DNA from: Patellaria atrata CBS 101060
Taxonomy: Eukaryota
Direction: 5' to 3'
NCBI GenBank assembly: GCA_010093705.1
Contig: MU006100.1
Coordinates: forward strand, 470,745-534,744
Length of the DNA stretch: 64,000 nucleotides
Every line of letters starts with the position of its first letter. Positions within the stretch are counted from its first letter, which is position 1. The translations under genes were made by a program, and so were the position numbers. The notes under the pieces are model-generated. The model was given only the letters and a program-made list of their open reading frames with translations, had not been told where the DNA came from and ran no database searches. Positions 12,597 through 27,420 of this stretch are shown here, piece after piece.

Positions 12597-13311
12597 AACT
12601 TTTTAATTTTTTTTAATTTTTTTTTCCCGGTCGTAGATTTAAAAGTGCTTTTGTATAGTATCTGTTCTTTTACGAAATTTCTTATGATAGCAGCAGGTTA
12701 GCTTGGTGATTTCCTTTTTTTTTTTGTAAATTAGACGTAAAATAAGAGAAATATCACTCACAAATAGTGTTACGGTTTTTTTCTGTTTGTTTTTTTTTTT
12801 TTTGACTGGGGTAAAAGTCCGGTCATACTAGGGCAGGGAATAGAATTGAGTAATATGATATTATTACCATAGTATGGTGGGCATATATCTCTTCGTTGTA
12901 GTTGCCATAGTTCTAAAAGTAAGAAGATTCAAACAAACTGGAATGATTGGAGTTTGACCCCTCTTTTCTCGAGTGCCGCTGGCAAAAGACTTGGATCCGT
13001 GTTAAACAATCGTACAATGGCCGTAAAATGTCTATTGCAACGGGGGGAATCATAGGGCGAAAGGTTCGTATGAAGAAACAAAGCTGGACAGCATTTCATG
13101 GTTTCGGAAAGAGTATAATAGACGCGAAAAGAGATGTTACCGCGAGAGCAAATTAGAATTTTGACGGACTCATAGGCAAATGTATCGAATAACAGAGCTA
13201 GCAAACGTAACGCGCGAAGACACAGCCAGAGACCCATGATGTCATGCAATGCACATACCCCGGCCTACCCCTTTCCAAAGTCATCTCAAATCATTAACCG
13301 TAAACCTACAA

Positions 13312-16295
<2,984 letters not shown>

Positions 16296-16433
16296 GATGG
16301 TAGGAGAATCGGAATATTATAAATTGTAAAGGGTATCTCGTCTCAATAGAGCCGAAAATAAACAGCGACCAAAAAATGAGAGGATATCGAGATGGAGGGG
16401 CTATGTGGAGGTTGGGTGGTTATTCAAGTGGAG

Positions 16434-16450
16434 ACGCGTCGAGCGCGTTC
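16434..16450. promoter_or_regulatory. MCB (MluI cell-cycle box) ACGCGT plus adjacent GCGCGT upstream of MCM3
   Basis: ACGCGT at 16434-16439, about 140 bp upstream of the MCM3 ATG; MBF sites are typical of replication genes. Confidence 0.55.
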
Positions 16451-17303
16451 GTGATGCGACCATTCCAAATTGGGGTCAAAGTGGTTTCTTGGCATTGAGA
16501 CTAGAATTCTACAGTAGGAGAATTTGTTCCCACCTCAGATGAAATCCAACAACCCCTTGAACCATCAAGACGACAATCGAGCCCTTGCCTATACCTTTTA
16601 AAGATCAGAAGTCATAGGTATCATCAAGGAACCAGTTATTCATGTACTTCTAGCATCTACTACATCGATGACTGACTCAATACTGAACTCTACGTGCCGT
16701 TTCCGCCTCTCCCAAACACTCGATTCTCAGACTCTCTGCTTCGATGCTACAAAGTAGTCATTCTGTTGCTAAAGGAAACTCGGTTATAAAGCAATTGTAC
16801 TTCATTATCTACTTCAAGCTTTGTGAAAAGCAGTGTCTGAGCACTAGAGAAAAGCCCCCTAGTAGTATGCATTTGCTATCCTATGTTATGGACGCAAATG
16901 ACCTGGGACACAGTACCTCTAGTATCTAGAAACAGAATATTAAAGTCCTTTGTACTCTCAGTCAACAGATCATAGAAATCCCATTATTGTCGGTTTCGTG
17001 GCGAACTTCATGCATGTTTCTGTCTCAACCCAGCAAAATAGGCGCCAGCCCATACTATGCGAATGTGTCTGCGTCTGCAAGAATAGGCCATATCCAAATA
17101 TTAGTCATTCGCTTCCTTGTGTAAGATCAGAAGGTGGGGGTCGTATTCTTGTGTCGATCATTGCTGCGGAGTTGTTGCCTGGTAACACGTGCAAAAGAAC
17201 ATAAAAGGTGAGCATATTCTTCTCACTTTTTCTCGCATTTAGTCATTGAACAAACTTCCAAAACCAAAACTTCTTCAGTCACTATTTCATCAATCTGCCC
17301 ACA

Positions 17304-19001
17304 ATGTCTACCAACGAGCATACCGAGAGCAATTATGAAGTTTTTAGCGTGTACAAGAATCGCGCGGGTGGTCCAACGCACTTCAGCGAATCAGTGGCCA
17401 TGGCTCAGGTTCGACGTACACATGAAGACTACCATGTCACCCGTGTCTCACCGGCAGCATTCGATCTCCTCGGTTTCGCTGCTGCTGGAAATGCAACAGC
17501 AAAGCTCGAAGTTGACGGCGAGTATTTCGATGCTGTCAGGTCGTATAAATCCGCGAATAAGAGTTCACTGAGGAAATCTCCACCAGCGACATTGACTGAC
17601 GTAGTCAAATTTGGGCGGTATTCGTACTCGTGGAACAACTTCGATTTCATCGTGTACCAAATTGAGTGTAATGAAGGTGGCATGCGTTCAGCCTGCCCGT
17701 TTTTCTTCGTCCTCGCGCAACGTTCCGCGGCCCCGATCGAAAATGGTCATTCCCTGCTAACTGATTCCCTTCTCCTTGAGGTTGGCAACTGGAGCACACA
17801 GCTGCATGAAGAGGTTTACGTCTTTGATAATGGCCGCTGGATGAAGAACCATGAATTATGGCAGAGTGTTGAAGGTTCCTCCTGGGATGAAGTCATTCTC
17901 GACAATGCTATGAAGGCCAAACTAATCGAAGATGTACATGGCTTTTTCGACAGCAAAGAACTTTACAAACAGTTCTCCGTCCCTTGGAAACGCGGTATCA
18001 TCATGCACGGTGTCCCCGGCAATGGAAAAACCGTCTCTATCAAAGCACTCATGAGCTCTTTGCAATCTCGCCCTACGCCTATTCCATCGCTCTATGTGAA
18101 GTCTTTAGACAACAGCAACGGTCCTCAGTATGCAATCCGTGCCATCTTCAACCTTGCTCGCTCCGTCTCTCCCTGCCTCCTCATTTTCGAGGACCTCGAT
18201 AGTCTAGTAACCGACAAATCGCGAAGCTACTTCCTAAACGAAGTTGATGGTCTTGAATCCAATGACGGAATCCTCATGATCGGCTCTACTAATCATCTCG
18301 ACAAGCTAGACGCATCTATAACCAAGCGTCCCAGCCGCTTCGATCGGAAATACCACTATCGTCTCCCTGGCGATGCTGAGCGCAAAGCATACGCTGAGTT
18401 CTGGCACCGCAAGATCCTCGACAATCCCATGGTTGACTTCCCTGAAGATATGTGTGCCGTGATCGCACAGTTCACCGCCGGGTTCAGCTTTGCATACCTC
18501 AAAGAGCTATTTATGATGTCTCTTTTAATAATCGCTCGCGGCGGCGGCGATCTCCTCAACGACGAGTTTCAGATCGGAGAATCAAAGGCTACCTCGGAAA
18601 AGGTGCAACTTGAGGACAAAGACGACGACGCTCGCACTGATATCTCCTCATCCGACGAAGTGCGTTTCATCAAAGTTCCGCATTCGGTCTCCGAAACGGT
18701 AGACGCCGTTGCCCAGGGGACTGAAAGAGTCATCAAAAGCGTCGAGGAGGGTATCGACAAGCTTGTTCACAACAAGTCCTCGCTTCCTGATGTTGACGTT
18801 CCCGATCACCTTCGTGACAATATCCTCCTCAATGTCCTTATGGTTCAGGCTAAAGCACTGTTGGCAGAGATGGACAATACGAAAGTGGATGAGTGGCCTT
18901 CCGGCAAGCCGCCGGCGAACAGCGGGATGACGCTTGCGCAGTTGAGGAGGCCGATGCGGATGGTTAGGGCGGAGAACGTACAGGCCATCAATGTGCCCTG
19001 A
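17304..19001 (+). CDS. Single-module AAA+ ATPase, fungal family
   Basis: 565-aa intronless ORF; Walker A GVPGNGKT, Walker B LLIFEDLD, sensor 1 STN, SRH RPSRFDR. Confidence 0.9.
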   Translation: MSTNEHTESNYEVFSVYKNRAGGPTHFSESVAMAQVRRTHEDYHVTRVSPAAFDLLGFAAAGNATAKLEVDGEYFDAVRSYKSANKSSLRKSPPATLTDVVKFGRYSYSWNNFDFIVYQIECNEGGMRSACPFFFVLAQRSAAPIENGHSLLTDSLLLEVGNWSTQLHEEVYVFDNGRWMKNHELWQSVEGSSWDEVILDNAMKAKLIEDVHGFFDSKELYKQFSVPWKRGIIMHGVPGNGKTVSIKALMSSLQSRPTPIPSLYVKSLDNSNGPQYAIRAIFNLARSVSPCLLIFEDLDSLVTDKSRSYFLNEVDGLESNDGILMIGSTNHLDKLDASITKRPSRFDRKYHYRLPGDAERKAYAEFWHRKILDNPMVDFPEDMCAVIAQFTAGFSFAYLKELFMMSLLIIARGGGDLLNDEFQIGESKATSEKVQLEDKDDDARTDISSSDEVRFIKVPHSVSETVDAVAQGTERVIKSVEEGIDKLVHNKSSLPDVDVPDHLRDNILLNVLMVQAKALLAEMDNTKVDEWPSGKPPANSGMTLAQLRRPMRMVRAENVQAINVP

Positions 19002-20169
19002 AATCTCAGTGCACAAGAAGAACAAAATCTGAAGATGCTACAGCTACGGGAGTTGAGCGATTTACCATCAGTAGTATAGTAATTATCAATAGGGCTATTA
19101 GGGTACGTTAAACGAAATAAGGAATGCTATGACATTATATAAATTCTTTGGTGCGAACACCTGGCGGTGATTCAGAATGCAATGACATGTAATACATTTT
19201 CATGGAGATTTCTTCAGTGAATATTACTCAACGGTCGCGGTGATAGCTTCTTTTGATCAAGTATGACATATGCCATCAGCACGCCCCTTTCCCTACCATC
19301 ATCAAGCATCAGAACCCTCCGCGCAGAGCCATACGAGTTATCATCTCCCAATACAATCCATCCTCAAGTAAACCCAAAATCTCAAACCAAAACTACGCAA
19401 GAACCACAAAGGAACCAAGATCTGGACCCCAAATATTCCAATTAAGGGATGAGTGAATAGTCAGTCTGTATATAAATATACCAAAACCCAGTTATCTCGG
19501 TTCGACCTCGTTGTCACTACTACCCCTCTTATTTGTGCTACCTTTTGTTTCCCGGTTTCTAAGATTTGAGAGTGGTAGAGGAAAAGGGATAAATTTTTAA
19601 TTTTTTTTTTTTTTTGAAAGCGGGGTGAGGCGGGGATGTATGGATGGATCACGGGTAGGGGGGTATGTAGATTGTGTGTTTATTGTGACTTGTGAGGAGA
19701 AAGAGGGTTAGGTTAGAGGAATACTCTACTCTGATTAATATTAGCTTCGAAGTTGGTGCATCAGTTCTTGACGGTGTAAGAGAGTGGAGTGAACCGATGG
19801 AGATGATATTTCGATCTTAACTTTTTCGAGGTTGCTGGCAGGACTTAGGGTGTTGGAGGGTTTACCATTATGAGCTTGATAAAGACTGGCCTTGACGCAC
19901 AATGACACAACAGAAGAATATAATCACTTAGGAGAGAGGCTCTGGATTTGAACTGGGGTGATTATGGCGATGGTGTCGAGTCTGAGTTGGTGGACGCATT
20001 ATGAAAGAGATGGGAGGGTCAGCATAGATCGATGTTATGAAAGAGAGATGTATTTATTACTATTACTAAGGTCCGGTATACTTGGCGGAATATGGAATGC
20101 TAGGTTTTTGAGGCAACGGGATGGAAGACCTGAGGTGATATTTTCCTATAGGTAACTGTAAGTCGAATC

Positions 20170-20470
20170 CTGGAACTATGGAGCGCGCAATGTGGAGGTG
20201 GATTTTTTTTCCCTTGAAGTAGAGGAAGCATGGAAGAAACATACAATAGTCAAGTGATAGGGGATGCGTTACTATCAAAACTCTTCAGGATTACTATGGA
20301 AGCAGATAAAGATCTCTCTATTTCGGACGGATAAGGAAGATAGGAGATAAACTATAAACTTTGATTCCATGCACCACTTAAACTTTTACACAGTAAGTTA
20401 GTGCTTCCTCGAGCTACAGAAAACTCGGTCCTGGGAATCTCGTCGCGTTTGGCGTCGATTATTTGCAAAA
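20170..20470 (+). repeat. Diverged direct repeat, copy A
   Basis: Shares ordered blocks with 21710-22072, e.g. aagaaacatac, gataggggaNgcgtt, ctatttcRgacggata, ggagataaa, ttcctcg, gggaatYtcgYcgcgt, tgcaaaa. Confidence 0.75.
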
Positions 20471-20704
20471 TATTAATAAGGATAGAAAAAAGGGTGTAGA
20501 AGTACCTATAATACCACCTCTAGCACCAAAAGTTCATCTATAACAGACAGAAACTATAGATTGTGCCTCTCCGCTACGCTCCTTGACACCGGAGTGCGAG
20601 TTTAGCGGCCGAATGTTACAAAGAGTGCCAAGTAGCTATCTGGGACTGAGAAGATCGCCGTGGAGGATTCAAAGCTACTTCCCATGAGTGAAGCCACTGA
20701 CCGA

Positions 20705-21304
20705 TTATCGCTCAACCCACACCAGACCTCCCTGCTGATGGCTCTTAAGTCGCTCGCTATTAGCGAGAGCATTATCCAAAGCCATGAGACTCGAGCCCAG
20801 AGAACCGTCGATATTTACGACCGGAGCAGTGTAAGCCACTTTTCCAGAGAAGATCTTCGCCTTCGGGCCCGTGAGATCCAGCACGAAGGTAGCAGCCATC
20901 TGGATATACGATTCTAACTGCGCTTGGCTGGTCCGTTCGCTCTCATCTACTTCGTTAACGCAAAGGGCATCGAGCCAGAAACACGGGGTCCAGCCGTGCG
21001 TGAGTCCCATGATCGGTTCGACGTTCTGGTCGAGGGCTCTAAGCGCGTTGGCGACGCTGGCTGGGACGCGGATGAGGTTTCCGTTGATGATTAATTCTTC
21101 TGTTTGGGTTGTATCGGGGCTCCGGATGTACTTGATGAAGAAGAAGAGGTTTACTTTGGAGGCGTCCACGGGGAAGACGGAGAACCGTTTCGGAGAGCCT
21201 GGTTTGTCTTTTCTGTTGAAGATGGGCTTGAACATGCGGGTGTCAAATTGGCTGCTGCCGAGGGGTTCAAAGACCGGGCGGATCTTGCTTTGTTTGTGGC
21301 CCAT
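20705..21304 (-). CDS. Small divergent HET-domain-like protein
   Basis: 199 aa; LIINGNLIRVPASVANALRAL and FWLDALCVNEVDESERTSQ resemble the HET core (WIDAICINQ..EK..QV); N-terminus MGHKQS. Confidence 0.65.
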   Translation of the reverse strand: MGHKQSKIRPVFEPLGSSQFDTRMFKPIFNRKDKPGSPKRFSVFPVDASKVNLFFFIKYIRSPDTTQTEELIINGNLIRVPASVANALRALDQNVEPIMGLTHGWTPCFWLDALCVNEVDESERTSQAQLESYIQMAATFVLDLTGPKAKIFSGKVAYTAPVVNIDGSLGSSLMALDNALANSERLKSHQQGGLVWVER

Positions 21305-21709
21305 GGTTGAGGATGTGGGGGAGTAGATCTTCTGGTAAAAGAATTGGTCTGCTATGCTATAGTACTGTATGTGATGTGGTACGTGCCGTGGTGTATGTTG
21401 TGATACGATTACTTTAAGAGAAGTAGATGACTTGAGAGAAAATATTTGAATTGAGAAGCGTGGCAGACGGAGAGAATTAATGGATGTATAAATAAAGCCG
21501 TAGTATAGGTAAGTAAGGTGTATTTCTATACCTTATGGATATTGGTACTGTAGAAGCCAAGCACCAAGTGAGCAAGAAGCCCCCCAGCCAAGCCATATAA
21601 CCTGCGTGCAAAGCCAATAGTACGCGAAAAGAAACGAAAAAGAAACGAATAAGGCTGGTGGGTGTGAGGCGGTGGCATTTCCACAAAGGGTACCGGCAAC
21701 GCTAAGCAT

Positions 21710-22072
21710 TTGAACCACAGAGCAGCACTGCCTAAGGGGAACAAATTCTTTCCTTAAAGTAGAGACTAGAGGATGAAGGGCAAGAAACATACTGACAGAC
21801 AAATGATAGGGGAGGCGTTGTTATCAAAATTCTTTAAATTACTGACGCAGATGCTGGGGCGAAGCAGTAAAGTTCTTTTGTAGTAAGGGTTATACAGTAC
21901 CTCCTATTTCAGACGGATAGTTCTACCGGTACTGTACAGCAAGCAGTAGAGGAGATAAATGAAAAGTTTTATTCCATGAACACCTTGAGAAGTTTTGTAC
22001 AGTAGTTCTTCCTCGTGCTCCAGACTTGGTCCCGGGAATTTCGCCGCGTCTGTCGTTGATTTATCTGCAAAA
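21710..22072 (+). repeat. Diverged direct repeat, copy B
   Basis: Collinear with 20170-20470, with indels and many transitions. Confidence 0.75.
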
Positions 22073-22550
22073 GCTCGGTTACATTTCCGGTGAAGAAAAG
22101 AATCAATCCCACACGATCAGTCTCAGCTCTTCAGTCCCAGCTCTTCAGTCCCGGGATGATCTCCCAGCCGATGCCGTCACATCATGCCCGAATCGTGGTC
22201 GCTCCAGAACCCGGCTCAGCGCCTTTCTTGCAGCTTCTGCTTGGCGAGAGACTAGAATAGGATGGTCAAGGCTTGATCGAGCAGATTTCTATGTGTTTTT
22301 CATGATATTCGTCACTAAAGGTTGTATTGTGGCTGATATGGCTGATATGGCTGATATGGCTTTCCCTTTAGCTTGCACTGGATCCGTATGGACTTTTGCG
22401 CTGGACACGAAAGAGCCGCTTCGTACTCCGCGCCTGCTTCGCCTCAAGTCTATCTGATATAGCTGGGGTTAAACCTTCAACTTCTCTTCGACACTTTTCT
22501 GCGTCTTGTTCTTGTATATATATGATTTAAAACTGTTTGATGAAGAGAAC

Positions 22551-25172
22551 ATGGCTGACGCCAACCATGCGTTTACCGGAGCGTGGGTAAATTGGAGTAA
22601 GGCCTCCTCCCCCTGCTACAGCCTCGGCAATATATTTACCTCCCTACCATCACCGCTGGCATTCCTCAACGTGATATCTGCTATTCAATAAAGTACTGAC
22701 ACTTGGCCTTAGGCAAAGGAGGGACCTTAGGATCTACGGTTACGATATCTGCGACCCACGGCTCATTCCTCGTTGCCTTTCTCGCCCTCTTCGTCCGCTG
22801 GTCTGGTGCCCATCTGTGGGGTATCATATGTTATATCCTCCATCAATTCCGATCGACTCCAGAGCCTAGGGATGGATTATACCATCAGCATCAAGCTGTA
22901 CTTCGAAATGCCGTTAGCGACTCCAGTGCGCTGTGGTACTTTTCAAGTACGGCCTTCAGATGGAATGGCAACACTCAGGGTACACTACGAAGATCGCTTC
23001 CGTTAATAGTCATTACCATCTCACACATGGCCATCTTCGCGATTTGTGGTATCTTTTCCTCTAGGGTTACGACGGCTGGCGAGGAAATGCTTGTTAATAG
23101 TGAGCATTGTGGGTTTATACAGGGGACCACATTCAGGGCAGACAATAACTATACGGCCCGTGAATGGGAGCTCTTAGACGCTATATACGTCTCTGCTCAT
23201 TGGAGTACACAGAAGACGGCCAGTTATGCGCGCCAGTGCTACGCCCAAGAACACACAGATCGTACTTCGCTATGCAACGAACTGGCAGTCCCACGTATAG
23301 AATCCAATGTCTATACTTCGGAACCGTGTCCTTTCCAGGGAAGAGAAGTTTGCAACGGTTCTGCGATCAAGATTGACTCCGGTTGGATCAATTCTGATAC
23401 ACACCTTGGCATCAATGCCCCTCCCAAGAATCGAATCCAGATGAAGAAGGTCACGACCTGTGCTGTGATTCCTGCTGAAGAGAAATACTCCACTTTGTTC
23501 CTAACTAACCCGGATGGCCACGTAAATGACCCTTTACCAGAGAATAGCTTCAAATATTACAACATGGGTGCGGATCTTATCAATAAGAATAGCTATACCT
23601 ACTATGTTAGTAATTACTCGATGTGGTCTGTTTCAGAGCCTTATATTCTAAGGTGAGCAACCTCCTTCTTTACCTTCCTTGTCGTAACTGCCTCTAATCG
23701 GTTTCTCTACACTTCATTTACTGAAAAGTTGTACTGTTATTCTCAAGATACCGTGAAATTTTACTGACCTGTACCGAAATGTTGTACGGCTAAGTCCGAC
23801 TTTTTCGAGATTCCACCGATTTGTACAGCTCGAGGAAGATATTTTTTCGTCCTCGGCGTACAGTCAGAAAGAATATGCTGACAACCCCTATAGAGGCTAT
23901 ACTGCTTATCTCAACAATCGCTCCGAGAGTGATTTTGCTCCGATTCGTGACTTTCAAACAGATGATTCAGATGTCACGTTGATGTCGCTGTTGAACTACG
24001 TTCGATATAATGGCCGAGTCGATGACCCTTGGTTTAGAGCTGATCAAGAATTTGCAAATGCGAATCTCGGTGTTCCATCGTCCGGGACATCTTGGCTTCC
24101 CAGCCATATCTCAAGCGTTCTCGGATGCACTGAACAGTACCAGTTTTGCAATGCAAAGCGTTCATGCACTCAACTCACTGGATTCCATGGAATCGATCCA
24201 GAGACGGTTAATGGATTAGAGTTGAACGAGGCGCAAAAGGACACGTTCAAACTTATCATGCATGTAGCGTATTACATGCGGCTTCAGATACTGGTCTTTT
24301 TCCTCAGAAGCCAGGCATTAGTTGCTCAACAGTATCTTTGGGGCCACAACTTTGTCTCGTCCGCTCTAGATCAAAACCAGTGGCATATCGAGGTTGAGAA
24401 CTTCCACAATATGTCGCTCGCAGCACTTCAGCGTGGTATTGTAGACCATGCTTCTCCTCCAATCCTGCAGATCCGACCAGGTGTGGAGTCTACGGACTAC
24501 ATCGTAAAACCCGAATCCGACGGTGAACGCAACCATTGCGGCAACCAGAAAATCCGGAGTACAGCTTACTCTTCCTTTAGTGTCCTAGGTCTCTCCATAA
24601 TCATGGTCGGTGGCACTTTCATAATTCTAATCAACTTATGCCTCTCCGGCATCGTCGGATGGTTTCAGAAGCGCCATGGCAGCTACAGATTCTTCGAATG
24701 GAACCAAGGCGACTATCTACAGTTACAACGTCTCGCCTTCGAAGGCGCCAACATCGGACCCTGGAAAGGCAAAGATGATGCTGTCCCCTTGACCGTGCAC
24801 GCAGGTATGCGTTTCAGGATCCCGACCACACATCCAACGTGGAAGGCACCGATATCGCAGAATGAGCCGGGACAGCAGGAGGACGAGATCCCGTTACGTG
24901 ACATCAAGGCTCAGCAGGCTTTCAACTATGCACCTTCAACATCACAGACGGATCTTAAGTATGAGGCTATCAGGACCCAACAACGGGAGTTCAGATACGT
25001 TCCCAATGATGATATCTCCATTGCTTCCGGGAGCATCGGAGGATATACTCCAGGAAGTAGTCGGAACCCCTTTTCACCGCTTACCCCCTCACCGCCCGGT
25101 TATTCGTATGCTCCACCTCAGGATACGGCATATTTCGGATCCCGTGGTGATCCGATGTACAGGCCACAGTAG
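22551..25172 (+). CDS. Fungal multi-pass membrane protein of unknown function
   Basis: join(22551..22596,22713..23652,23894..25172), in frame. Start GAWVNWSKGGTLGSTVT..LVAFLALFV, Cys-rich luminal region, C-terminal TM segment SFSVLGLSIIMVGG. Confidence 0.8.
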
Positions 25173-25602
25173 TTGATATAATTGGCGTATACAGCTTCTT
25201 GCATTCTTTGGCGTTTTTCGATCTGGTTTGGTTAATATGGTTGGGACTTATGAGACTATGTATGACGTTCATAGGCGTTACGGTCTGAAGAGGAAGGAGT
25301 GTAATAAGCGTTATGAGTATTTAAGCTACCAAATCAAAGAGTATACACATGTAACTTCACACTTCAGCTATCTAATCATCTTCGTCCTTTGTTCGAAATT
25401 TCTCGAACGCTTGTACGATTGGTGAATATTTACGGGCGGGTGTTACATCTTCTCGAAGTACGGAGACCCGTCGAATCTCTGTTCGGTCAAACCCCCCGTA
25501 AAGGTACGGTGGAGATCCTTGGTATATTCTCCATTCCTCACAATCATATCCCTTCTCCTTTCGACCCAACATACAACCCTCCCCCCTCCCTACAACTACC
25601 CT

Positions 25603-26889
25603 TCACAGCCTACTCCCTCCATCCCTCTCTCGCTCCCCTTCCCCCGCAATCTCAACAACCAACTTCCCAAACTGCCTACCGGCCTTCATATCCTCGAACA
25701 AGCCATCGATCTTATCGACATCGAGGCCTTTCACGACGCGGGAGATGACGGGCCGGAGTTTGTGCGTTCGGACGAAGGCGAGCATGGCGGCGAACTCAGC
25801 ACGCGAACCCATGGTCGTGGTACGGATTTCGATGTTTTTGAGCACGGTGGGCATGGAGAGGGTTAGGGAGGGGGATGTCGTCATGCCGTACAGGGATATG
25901 ATGCCGCCGTGCTGGTTGGGGGGGTTAGTTGGGTGTGGGAAGTTTNNNNNNNNNNNNNNNNNNNNNNNNNNNNNNNNNNNNNNNNNNNNNNNNNNNNNNN
26001 NNNNNNNNNNNNNNNNNNNNNNNNNNNNNNNNNNNNNNNNNNNNNNNNNNNNNNNNNNNNNNNNNNNNNNNNNNNNNNNNNNNNNNNNNNNNNNNNNNNN
26101 NNNNNNNNNNNNNNNNNNNNNNNNNNNNNNNNNNNNNNNNNNNNNNNNNNNNNNNNNNNNNNNNNNNNNNNNNNNNNNNNNNNNNNNNNNNNNNNNNNNN
26201 NNNNNNNNNNNNNNNNNNNNNNNNNNNNNNNNNNNNNNNNNNNNNNNNNNNNNNNNNNNNNNNNNNNNNNCAAACACATTCGCCCCGACCCCCACCGCGA
26301 ACAGCACAACCATAAGCGCAACCCCGCCCCCAACACCGGTCACCAACACATTCTTCCCCGCCCCCACATGTCCCGCACACTTCGTGAACAGCGCCCGCCA
26401 CGCCGTCAGCCCCGTAAGCGGCAGCGCCGCGGCTTCCACATCTGACAGATGGCCGGGGACCTCTTCCACCTCGCCCGCCTCTACCACGGCGTATTCCTGT
26501 AGCGTGCCGAGCGGTACGGTGGCCGTGCCCCCGAGAATCCTGTATCCGCCCTCGTCTTCGGGTCCGTCGGGGGAGGAGGCCCAGCCGTAGCCGGGGGTAA
26601 GGACGACGCGTTTCCCGGCCCAGCGTTTTGTGGCCGGGGAGGAGCCGGTGCCGATTACGATGCCGCAGCCGTCGGCGAGGAGGGGGGTGTGGAAGGAGAT
26701 GCGCGGGTAGAGGTTTTGGCGGATGAAGAGGTCGCGATGGTTGAGGGAGGCGGCGGTTAGGCGGATTAGGACGGATGTGGGGCCGAGGGGCGGTATGTGG
26801 AGGGTGGTGCGGTGGAGGGGGTAGTATGTTTTTCCGGGGGGGCCGGGGGGGCCTTGGATTGTGATGCATGTGGAGCGGGTGGGGAGCAT
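25603..26889 (-). CDS. MDR-superfamily (zinc-type ADH / quinone oxidoreductase-like) enzyme, interrupted by assembly gap
   Basis: AASLNHRD, PLLADGCG, AAALPLTGLTAWRAL, VLVTGVGGGVA, GRQFGKLVV; probable start MLPTRS at 26889. Confidence 0.85.
   Translation of the reverse strand: MLPTRSTCITIQGPPGPPGKTYYPLHRTTLHIPPLGPTSVLIRLTAASLNHRDLFIRQNLYPRISFHTPLLADGCGIVIGTGSSPATKRWAGKRVVLTPGYGWASSPDGPEDEGGYRILGGTATVPLGTLQEYAVVEAGEVEEVPGHLSDVEAAALPLTGLTAWRALFTKCAGHVGAGKNVLVTGVGGGVALMVVLFAVGVGANVFXXXXXXXXXXXXXXXXXXXXXXXXXXXXXXXXXXXXXXXXXXXXXXXXXXXXXXXXXXXXXXXXXXXXXXXXXXXXXXXXXXXXXXXXXXXXXXXXXXXXXXXXXXXXXNFPHPTNPPNQHGGIISLYGMTTSPSLTLSMPTVLKNIEIRTTTMGSRAEFAAMLAFVRTHKLRPVISRVVKGLDVDKIDGLFEDMKAGRQFGKLVVEIAGEGERERDGGSRL
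25946..26270. other. Assembly gap (325 N)
   Basis: Run of n characters. Confidence 1.
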
Positions 26890-27420
26890 TGTGGATTTGG
26901 GGGGAGGGGGTAGCGGATAGGGGGTTTGAGGGATTTCTTGGGGGGGAAGCTTGAGGTTTGGAGGGTTCGGGGGGAAAGGGTTAATTGGGCTTTTAGTTTG
27001 GGTTTTGGGGATAGGAATTGGGAATTGGTGGTTATATATGGTATAGATGTACAATTTTGTAAAGGCGCAGATTGAGGTTGGGGTTGGTGAATGTTAAGGT
27101 AATGTAGAGCTGTGGTGATGGAGCTCGAAAAGCTATAAGGTTGTCTACGCTGGATGACGATGACCGAGCTCCCCTTCCTCCACATTTTCCGAACCGAGGC
27201 TTGTGGGGGAAGCTCGGGATGCCGGCGTAAGGTCGGGCTATTTTAGGAAATATAATGATAACGACAATCGATATTTCATTAAGTTGTACTCTACTGTGAT
27301 TAACGATCGCGTTCAACTCATCATCTTAACCTCCCTGACTCAGGTACTCGTTTTGATATCTTACCAGGTTAATCGTATTGTACATATCTTTCATGGTAGA
27401 GTCTCGAACGATCCCACTAT

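Noticed and set aside
22124..22361. Short tandem repeats (cagctcttcagtcc x2, ggctgatat x3)
   Set aside because: Ordinary slippage repeats with no spacers; not CRISPR-like.
25745..26869. Long alternative ORFs across the gap
   Set aside because: Artefacts of the N run and C/G skew over the MDR gene.
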